DNA of 56,572 nt, counting the filler, from Porpidia crustulata (Eukaryota), in assembly GCA_964255105.1 (NCBI GenBank). It is 6 parts of 6 records of this genome, joined end to end, with 100 filler letters (N's around TTAATTAATTAA, not from the genome) between each part and the next. Parts side by side here need not be neighbours in the genome. Positions count along the whole stretch, not along the records: positions 47,256 to 56,572 come from CAXUWE010000957.1; 5 more parts are not named here. One strand, written 5' to 3'. A model generated the notes under the pieces. The model was not told where the DNA came from. It worked only from the letters and a program-made list of their open reading frames with translations, and searched no databases. Made by a program: the position numbers and the translations under genes. Positions 47,792 through 56,572 of the stretch are shown here, in pieces. The stretch's first letter is position 1, and each line of letters opens with the position of its first letter.

Positions 47792-50465
47792 CTACTTCCT
47801 ACTACTCAGATCAATCGTCGGTAGTTCCGCCATATGCACGTTCAAACTCCCATACGGCCTCATTGTCACATTCATCACTGCACCAGTGCAATTTCTCGGA
47901 GCAAGCGGTACACGGGCAGGAATTCCATGGTCTAGAGGCCAGTTGATCTGACATCCGCGCGCACTAATACTCGTTGGTGGAGCACCAGATGTCCAGATTG
48001 GATTCGCCAATGCTTCAGTACCGGTGCTATTGATATTGCGGTGGAATACTAAGCTAGTAGGGTCGATGGCAATGTTCCACGGTTGGGTAGCGGTAATATT
48101 ATATGCATGTACTTGCGGCGGTGGATTGGGGGGACCATCGGGAGGAAGTACCTCGACCGTTTGTCCGACATCGAGAGCATAGAGTAGGGCACCGTAGTAA
48201 ACAGCAACAGTATCGTTAGAGCGATTGACGGCTTGTATCTGAGCACCAAGGGTATATTGGACCGAGTTTTTACCGGCGGGAACGTTTAAAGTGACCATGC
48301 CGGTGTGCCCATCTGGGGTCGCAGTCTTCATGTTATTGTGGTGATTGACAGAAAAGGTGGAGGAAACGGCCCAACCAGGGACGCGGACCGAGAAGTCGAA
48401 GGCTTGGTCAGAGGTGATATCATAGGAGAGAGTATCACTGAAGGGGTAGTTTGTATTGCAAGTCACTGTAACATTTGTGCCGTCGCCCAGGGAGGTGCTG
48501 ACAGTTGTTGGGCCTAGTAAGGCGTGTCCGAGACCGCTCTTACCGACTCGGACATAGGACGCGGAAAGGTACTTGGGAAGCCCTTGAGGCATATTGACAG
48601 TACAGCATGGGTAGTTGGGTTCTGATTTTTTGTCAGCCCCATAACCGTTCATTGGGGGTGTGAAGTCTTGCCTAGGTCCATGATAATTCCGTCTTGACCC
48701 ACATTCCAGAACGGACTTTGGGTGTCAAGATGACGGGCAAATGGCGCATTGGCTGTAGCAACATATTGACGAGCCCAATGATTAGGTGTAATCGAAACAG
48801 GTAAAGCATTGAAAGCTATACGCTCGCAACTGTCCGCATATATATTGTCTCCCATGACCTGGTAAAGGTATGAAAATGAATACATCGTCTATATTTTGAT
48901 CACTTAGTAGGTAAGTTACGGCGGCAGATAGTGGGATTATACCTCGACTGCCGTGCAAAGCTCTGCCCCTCGATTCGGCCCGAGGCCAGCCTGTCTCTCA
49001 TCACCTATAATGGAACCAGCAGAGTCGGAGTGGTATTGCATTGTCCATCCCACTCCGTCGCGAGTGGTCTGCAGGAGACTTTCATTGGCAGTGAAGCGAC
49101 TACCGGGAATTAGCATGTCTAACATTAAGCATTGGCGAAACGACAAGCCTACTAGACGACAGCATTTGCTTTGAGGCCTATTTGTACTGATTAGTATACT
49201 AGTTTCTATTTTTACTTGACATTTAGTACAAACCTTGACCAGTATTCACACCGTGAACGAACGGGAAGATGGGAGAGTCTCCAGTGATAGTAGGTTGAAC
49301 AAAATCGAGGTCTTCGAATATGAAAACGTCTTTGCGGTAATACTCCGCCCAGTCGTAAGATCGTTGTTTTAGTAAGTACATGGTTTCGATGAGCAGTTGC
49401 TTATTGTCAACTCCACCTACTATTGGATTCTTTTCGTACAGCCATTGGAGTGCGATGATCATGTCCTGGTATCTGACTTGGCCCCAAAATTGGGTGAACC
49501 CAATGTTGTCAATCAACATTCCGTGCATGATGTTAATGAATCTGTACATGGCTGGAAGAGTGGTATTGGCCTGGATTGGGTCCGCCTCAATGAGTTGGAA
49601 GAGTCCAAGGAAGAACGGAAACCGACCCCATAAATCTCGCGTGCTATTGGTGGTTTCTGGGCCGAGCCAACCGTCAGACTGCTGATGGCCAAGGACATAA
49701 CTTGCCGCAGCCAAGACCTGGGACTTCAGTCGATCATCATCCAAGCCGTATGCCAGAGGAACGAGCCCATTAAACCAATACGGAAAGCCTTCGTTTAGAC
49801 CCGAGTATTCCGAATGTCCACCCAGCCAGCTGGAATCATGCACATAATGGTAAAAGTCGTATTGGTGGCCTGCCAGACCGTCGGACATCAGACTTAGCTG
49901 GTCATGAAGCCAACCTTGAGGTTTGATAGAACCAAGTGGCAGCGGCTCGAAGATTACCGGGACCACTACCATGGGCTTCAGCCAGGCCAACTGAAAACGG
50001 TTGGGGGATTTACGTACACGTAAGATTTGAAGCCACAGCATTGACATGCACATTCAGGCCATGAACATTTGACACTGCAAAGGCGGAATGGGCATGCAGG
50101 GCAGATACTGGGTAATTGGACATGGCGTATACCGGTTTCTGCTTGTGGTGAAGAGGCTTTATAGGGTCTGGCAGGACAACAGTATCCTCGTGTGAAGGAG
50201 CCCACGGTCGGACATGAAAAAACCAGAAGGGAACTAATAAGAGACACCATCGCACCCAATGTAGCCATGCCCTCCTCTTTATGCTCCAGCATACTGGCTC
50301 CAATATGTGATTGTCGCATCGTGCCCCTCTCAGCAGACCAGATCGGCTCTCAAATTCAGCAATCTCGTTGGAGGACGGGTCCTTGAGGGTTTGTTTGTCG
50401 TCATGACGAGCCTGTTGGGATTGATTGGTATTGTTTTCAGCTCGTGCCCATGAGCACAGGAACAT
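47792..50465 (-). CDS. GH127/GH146-like (beta-L-arabinofuranosidase-type, Cys-nucleophile) glycosidase, 6 exons
   Basis: FEPLPLGSIKPQGWL...GLAGH, EGFPYWFNGLVPLAY, HGVNTGQGLK, GSIIGDE, ELCTAVETMYS, ERIAFNALP, EPNYPCCTVNMPQGLPK, TNYPF, VRVPGWA, YGALLYAL, PYGS. Five introns, one GC-AG (48671-48622). The first exon is inferred from splice phase. Confidence 0.88.
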
Positions 50466-51470
50466 GGTTGGTGCATAAAGGCACTACTTGGCAAAATGCG
50501 ACTTGAGCACCGTTTGTGTTAGTAACGAGTGTCCTCAAGGCCAATGGACAAGGTTCTCCGCAAATACAAGTAGGCGTGCCGGAGGATCGTCTTTAGCCGC
50601 CGCCTGTGATCCCTTCCCGTGGGGTGGGGGGATAGGCACATATGGTAGCGGGGGAATGGCCCCCTTTTGCAGACGAGAACTTGACGGTGTGTCAGTAGTC
50701 CTATTGTTGTGCGTTCGGGTACTGGAAGATACACTGGAAACAGCAGGCATCATCCAAGGTGTTCGGTCGTACTTGGCCTGCTTTGGGCGGATCGGGTGGC
50801 CTGGCAGGCATGCGGGCTCTGCGTGTTTGGCTTTGTTAGGCACGGCAGGATGCCTTAGGCTTAGAGCACAATTTTGTTTCAGTGTTACTATCTCTCCACC
50901 GCGACACTCACCTATGCTAAACCCAGCAGTACAGCCTACGTGTCGTACGACTTATCGTATGTATTTGCGATAACGCTTTCTATATGTGAATCAAGATGGG
51001 ATTGTTGGGTGAAAGTGATTCATTGACAAGGATTGTTACTTCTACGTGTAACGCTCGATCCAAACCGACGTATCATTATGAGACTTAATGGCGCGTCAAC
51101 AATTCCATATCCTCATCACTCAGAGCCTCCGAAAGCATGTTGACTGCTCACGCTTTCGTACGTCTAATCCCACTAATTCGCAGTCCAATTTCGAATATCA
51201 TTCGATCGGCTGACCAACGCCTAAACATTGTTGTCACCTACCTATTCAAGACCTCTGATCCTTTGTCCTGTTCCACGCTGGCTGCCCGCTGAACCAAATA
51301 TTATATTCATGGCTTGTCTGGTGATAATGGGACAGCTGGACAGTTTGGATAACCCTGGACCTTTGACACAAAAATACCACCTTGGTGCAGGCCAAACCGT
51401 CGTAGCTCCTGTAGTCCTACACATTGCTAGGTGGTATGCTGATGAGAGTATTCAAAGCTCATCAGATACT

Positions 51471-53281
51471 TTAGATTTCCAGGGTATCCATGCGCCAGAT
51501 GTCAATATGTCGGACAGCATCCAGATTTCGTTTCCAGACAACTCTTCGAGCTTTCTGCTTTCCATTCTCGCTCACTGCACGATGGGTCCTCACCTGGCCA
51601 ATTTCAAATATTAGCCCGCCTAGTTCCACGTATCTCATAAAAGGACCCTTCGAGTACAAAGACTCGGTCCCAATTCTCTCCTCATAAGTACCGTCGTCCA
51701 TTTGTCGAACATGATCCCCAAATGATCGATCGTCTGGGTTGTCGAGCAATCGGGCCACTCTTAGTTTTGGCAGGAAGGGGATTAGTAGTCGAAGGTTTTG
51801 TAAGTCAACGACTTCAACCCCAATTCCGAGCTGTTCTAGGTTCGGACAGCTTCTGATGATAAGAGCAATGTTATCGGCGGTCAAGCGCCATTGCGGTAGT
51901 AAGAGTAAATGACGAAGCGTGCTGCCATGGTTGGACGTGATAGTGTCGAGGAAGTCATCCTTCAATCCTACAACATCGCCGACGGTAGGAGACGACGTGC
52001 TGGATACAGGAGAATTTGGTAAGAGTGCAGCATTAGAATTGCGCTCAATGATACCGTTGAATTGGTTGTCAGTAGTCTCATGTGCTCCAACAAAGTAAAG
52101 ACGTTCAAGTCCCGTGATGCTACCCAGAAAGTCGCATTGCTGCTTCGATGCCTTGTCGATCCGTAACATTCTCAATTTCGGCATGAAATGCTTCGGAGGC
52201 CCGCCAACTTGCCAGCGGCGGTCAAGGAACACATCTGCTGCTTCATCGGCTCCTCCCACGGTACTATTGATGACCGTAACTTCTTGGACCTCAGCATGAT
52301 TGAGAATTCTCCCACACGACCCATCGTCGTGCGTGTATAGGTTTTGAATCGAGATTCTCTTCAGAGGAATCTTATATTCTGAGGCAATTACCCGGCCGAA
52401 GTATATGTTCAAGTTCACACTTGGCTCTCGATATTCTTTCACACGAGCATTCCAGTGTATCCTCAGGTCTTCAAGTTTCTTCGATCCTAGTAATAACAAC
52501 GAGATATCATCTGCGTAGCACAGTGGATCTATGTCATAGATTTTGAGAGTTTTGAGATTTGGTATGGGTGGTGCGGTAATGGTTGGCTGGGGATGCCGCA
52601 TCGAAGGGAATCTGAGTGTAAGCTGCGTTAAGCTGGACTGAGCAATACCCTGCCATACGGTCGGCAGCATCTTCGTATTGAGTTCCCAGCTGAAGGCTTC
52701 AGTATTTGCGTTTCACCGAGAGTTCAAGCGGCGCATACCTAAAACTGTCAAGCACCGCCATTCTCTCCAAAGCGACCCTGATGAGACTATTCAACAGCAT
52801 ACTACCATCGGGAACTCTCCCAGCCCTTGAACGCTCCTCCACTTCGTAGTCTTTCCACTCCCCATGTACTTTGAATTGTTTTACGTATCCTGCTACGTTC
52901 CTCGTTGCCAATCCATTCAAGGCCATTGAAAATGGACTCCCCATGCCGCAACCGTCGGGGCGTCCACATTGCTTCGAATAGCGTATGTGATCGTAGGATC
53001 GAAGTGACACCGAGGCGTAGAGTTGGGGCAAGGTCATATAATGGAAAACCCGGCAGGTTCGACATACCCGAGCGAGATCCGAGGGTTGATCAAGCTATAG
53101 GGCCTTGAGGTTCAGTAAAGACTAGTCAATGTTTTTGAGATGAGACTCACGAACATACGCAAGATATTATCAGAGCTATCAAATTTAAAGGGAGGGGGAT
53201 AGCTGAGCTCCCCCTGGATTCGTTGTCGTTACCATAAAACGACTGATGGAACATGTTGTTGATGATGTCTGGCGGACCCAT
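51471..53281 (-). CDS. F-box-like domain protein with LRR-like C-terminus, 3 exons
   Basis: LPLNLIALIISC|LDQPSDLARVCRTCRVFHYMTLPQLY, GRPDGCGMGSPFSMALNGL, LKIYDIDPLCYADDIS, HGSTLRHLLL..W, CPNLEQLG, IDIWRMDTLEI*. GT-AG introns. Confidence 0.85.
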
Positions 53282-53665
53282 GATGATATATGGGATAATG
53301 TATAATTGTGGCCGTAAAGATTTCACAAGCAATTAAGATCAAAGTAAATTATTCAGGTGCATTGAACATGGGAGCTCTGAGCTGGTAAATATTTCTCATT
53401 CTAGGCGATAGCGAATCGTGGCCAGTGATCCATGCAAATTTTACAGTATGTCAAATATCAAGATATCTGGATAGATGTCATCTCTATTTACGTCATGTTA
53501 AGATAATAGGAAGTTCATCCAGAGCCATGGCATTACTAGTAATCGTCTATTCATGAGTAGGTTACTATTTACACGTCACAATCGTTGACTAGAAAACTCG
53601 CAATAGCAAGATCCGCGAGACACCTTCACCCCAACACCTTGCTAAATCAAGATCAAAGGCGATCC

Positions 53666-55987
53666 TTACGGTGAACATCTAGAACCGTCTTGCATAATGT
53701 AATGATGGGTCATACGAGCTTCGTCTTGCCTCTCATCAGGGAGCCCCGCAACACTCGAAGCTGGCTGTTCGAGTATTGTGAACGTCATCGTAGCAGGAGA
53801 CGTAAAGTGGCGCGATATCGCTAGCCCTTGATGAGGCTGGAGGTCCTGAGATGGTGGATTGCCAACTCGTGGACTATTCGGAATCGTTATTTGTCCTGTG
53901 TTCCTCAATAATGGCCCTTCAACCCTGCTGAGATAGTGAAGGGCTGGGGGAATCACAGGCGAATGGCGAGTGCTTGACGAACTTGGCACGGACGTCGGCT
54001 GTTGAGGATCGTTCGACACATCCACTGCAGGGTCTGGCAGAAGATGATTCTCACGAAGTGTGCGGTCCATCGCGTTACTCCTCAGAAAGTCTACTCGTTC
54101 TTCAAGTTCAGGTGTGCATCTCGTACCAATAAATGACGTACGCCCACTGGGTGGTGGTGCCGGAATGATTATCACAGGCACTGGTGCCACTCCGGAATTC
54201 GATGCACTCTTTCCACGGAGCCTGTGGAGCACGCCAGATTGAGTTTTGTTTGCCGTTGGCTGTGTTTGTGTGGTATGAGTGGGTACTAGAGATTCTGTCA
54301 TTCTTGAGAGACCTTGCGACACCTCAGGAGGTGGCGTTCTGCGCTCTTGACCAAAGATGCTCGACAATATGGGCCATCTACTCAAGAAAGATTTCGCCTT
54401 TGGTGTACTTTTGCCATCTCGAATATGCGGGAGTGGATTTACCTTACTCTGCTGTTGACCATCGCCAGGATGCAATAGACCGATGCCTGACCGCTCCCGC
54501 CTAGGCTCAGGCATTCTGTGATTGTGCACGCGGTTGGTTTCATCAGCGCCAAAGCTATTGCTCCTGTTTCTGAGGGAGGCGACTGTAGAAGGCTGAGTAA
54601 GGTCGTCCGCACCTAGGTAGTCTCCTGCTTGAGACGTTTGCCCAAGTGCATCAGGGCCACTAAATTCCTGGCTAAAGCTCTGGTTAACCAGTCGAGGCTG
54701 ACGAGATCTGAATGATCGATTTCGTGCGTTGGGCGGGCCAGTCCAACCTGAACCCCTGCCATTCTCCGGGCCTCCACCACTGCCATGACCCCGCTGATCA
54801 TCTCGGCGTACTTTAGGCCAAGTGACTTCAGATGATGGTGTTACTTCTAGCATTTCGTCTCCGTCGAAAATTTCCCTACCGAGTATGCCATCTTTTCTCT
54901 CCTCTGCTTCCAATGCCTCTATTCGTTCGACCCACTCCCAAACAACTACACTTGCTGCAGCCGCACCAACCCAACGCGCATAGTTGCCCCACCCGGCAAC
55001 ATTGGGCTTTGCAATATCCAAAATGAAAAATACCAAGGGTATCAAGATGGCTATGAGAGACAGCATAGCCAGTAAGCAAATGTTTCGCATTTTAGGGTGG
55101 AAGTAGGCAAAACGTCCTTTCTGGAAAGAATAAAACATCACCATAGCTGCATAGATAAGGCTCAGTGCAGACGAAAATAGATAGCTGAGTGCTGGGACGG
55201 CATCGTCGAAGTTCCGAGGCCGGATCTTGATGCTCTCATAGAGGAAGCAGTTCACAGCGCTGAAAATGGTATCGAGTGTAATAAGGACCAGCCCTGTCCA
55301 TTCAATGACTATTTTTTCTCTATGCCGCGGGAAGAGCTTTATCAAGGTCTGAGCCTGTGCAAGCCAGAGAAAGATATCTGATAAGAGCCTGATAACCTTG
55401 GTAGCCGTACCTCTCATTACGCTGTCCGTCAATGCAAGAGCGTCCTGGTATCCGTCATCGTATTGTGCCTCGGCCACCGTGAATGCGTCCACAGAAACAT
55501 ATGTCAGAGAGACCGCCACTGTCAGAGCGGCGGCTTTCTGAAGCCATGGTCTTCCTTCAGCTCCGATCACAGATGTGCTCCCAGAATTCCGACTGATCAT
55601 GCCCTTATGACCCAGGAAGCCTCCTCCTCCCCCCATGCCACCCACAAAAAGAGTTCGTGGTGTGATAAAGAGTATGAGGACCAACATATAGCTGACCACT
55701 GTCGCTACCGCAATTGCGTAGATCTGAGGGGAAGTTGAAGCGTAGAAGGGGAATTCATCATCGAGTATCTGGGAATCCGCTTCCGGAGGCGTCGAATTTA
55801 TATTCGGAATGTCGGTGCATGCGGGTTGGAAGACCGCAACATCGGTGATCGTCAAGATTGTCGAGTCCCCAATGTTCAGGAAGCCCGACGGTAGCCTGAA
55901 TGGCGAACAAGTTTTCGGCAGGGACGAAGTAGTGGCTGTTGGGGTCGCCCATAGTTGGCGGCGAAGAAGATTGAGATCAGGCGGCAT
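53666..55987 (-). CDS. palH: Ambient pH sensor PalH/RIM21, 7-TM protein with long cytosolic tail, intronless
   Basis: CSPFRLPSG, FYASTSPQIYAIA, ILFITPRT, RPWLQKAAAL, LWLAQAQTLIKLFPRHREK, RWVGAAAASVVVWEWVERIEALE, KDGILGREIFDGDEM. First ATG of the frame is at 55987. Confidence 0.93.
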   Translation of the reverse strand: MPPDLNLLRRQLWATPTATTSSLPKTCSPFRLPSGFLNIGDSTILTITDVAVFQPACTDIPNINSTPPEADSQILDDEFPFYASTSPQIYAIAVATVVSYMLVLILFITPRTLFVGGMGGGGGFLGHKGMISRNSGSTSVIGAEGRPWLQKAAALTVAVSLTYVSVDAFTVAEAQYDDGYQDALALTDSVMRGTATKVIRLLSDIFLWLAQAQTLIKLFPRHREKIVIEWTGLVLITLDTIFSAVNCFLYESIKIRPRNFDDAVPALSYLFSSALSLIYAAMVMFYSFQKGRFAYFHPKMRNICLLAMLSLIAILIPLVFFILDIAKPNVAGWGNYARWVGAAAASVVVWEWVERIEALEAEERKDGILGREIFDGDEMLEVTPSSEVTWPKVRRDDQRGHGSGGGPENGRGSGWTGPPNARNRSFRSRQPRLVNQSFSQEFSGPDALGQTSQAGDYLGADDLTQPSTVASLRNRSNSFGADETNRVHNHRMPEPRRERSGIGLLHPGDGQQQSKVNPLPHIRDGKSTPKAKSFLSRWPILSSIFGQERRTPPPEVSQGLSRMTESLVPTHTTQTQPTANKTQSGVLHRLRGKSASNSGVAPVPVIIIPAPPPSGRTSFIGTRCTPELEERVDFLRSNAMDRTLRENHLLPDPAVDVSNDPQQPTSVPSSSSTRHSPVIPPALHYLSRVEGPLLRNTGQITIPNSPRVGNPPSQDLQPHQGLAISRHFTSPATMTFTILEQPASSVAGLPDERQDEARMTHHYIMQDGSRCSP

Positions 55988-56465
55988 ACTCCACCTAGGT
56001 CGAGAAGCAAAACAATGAGTTATGACTGCAAACCTCTCCCAGCTGCCTTCATGCAACCCATTTCTGGATGATAGACCCTCCCAATTTGACTCGATACCTT
56101 TCCACAGGGTTAACTGGTGGAAAATGTTTCGCACGCGACGCACGCGACACTCGCTGTATTGTTGACGATGCTCAAACTAAAGGAATTTAATACTTTTTCG
56201 GATGGGCTTCAGAGCATTTGACAGTAGGTAGGTATGCAATCAAACAATGCTTAGTTTGGCATCTGCTTTGCTGTGCGATGTCAGCAAGCGGGATGCAGCC
56301 ACGGCAGCCCCACGGTGGGGGATACTCGTGTACACACTCAATCGAATATTGCGCCCAGGGTTAGGGCTGATAAGCTTTCTGAACCCTAACGCTAGGGACG
56401 ATATTCGACTGAGGGTGTTCAGTACTCCGTGTTCGTGATGGATAAGCAGAACTCCGAAAGAAAAC

Positions 56466-56572
56466 TATCGTCATGTGCAAAATGGTGTGTCCGAAAATGA
56501 AAATCAACAAAAAAATAAAATGGCGGGGAAGCCCCAAAAACACTGCTTTTGGTACTGCAGCCACCACCTGCT
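56466..56572. mobile_element. Short dispersed element, copy 2 (inverted relative to copy 1, truncated by contig end)
   Basis: Reverse complement AGCAGGTGGTGGCTGCAGTACCAAAAGCAGTGTTTTTGGG...GCTTCCCC...CACACCATTTTGCACA..CGATA aligns with 37941-38063. Confidence 0.75.

Noticed and set aside
56382..56390. AACCCTAAC as a telomerase RNA template or a true telomere
   Set aside because: A single short motif with no tandem array and no supporting pseudoknot context that I can verify.

Overview
Fungal (filamentous ascomycete, Pezizomycotina-type) genomic DNA with short spliceosomal introns. The window is not one locus. It is six contigs (9386, 9357, 9351, 9339, 9322 and 9317 bp, in decreasing length) joined by artificial 100-bp N44-TTAATTAATTAA-N44 linkers, so gene neighbourhood is meaningful only within a contig. 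Contig 1: Sro7/tomosyn-like gene head-to-head with pyruvate decarboxylase, a kinase pseudogene with three lesions, and a small spliced orphan gene. Contig 2: homoisocitrate dehydrogenase (truncated), a DDX60-like Ski2-type helicase, and the 3' end of a Pro-rich conserved gene. Contig 3: a gene combining several Cys/His zinc fingers with four WW domains and internal repeats, an intronless NimA/NEK-like kinase, a small Cys-motif/helical protein, a degenerate non-coding repeat array, and an amidoligase-like ORF with eroded catalytic motifs. Contig 4: a possible Helitron 3' end, an uncharacterised multi-TM protein, and a GT69 (CAP59/Cmt1-like) mannosyltransferase with a GC-AG intron. Contig 5: a small dispersed element shared with the end of contig 6, a cytochrome P450 relic missed by the ORF track, and a DUF4470+MYND protein. 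Contig 6: a GH127/GH146-like glycosidase with a second GC-AG intron, an F-box-like protein, and the pH sensor PalH/RIM21. I cannot demonstrate a new multi-gene system. The best leads are the accessory-looking contig 3, the DDX60-like helicase and the small repeated element. Family calls come from motif recognition, not database searches.
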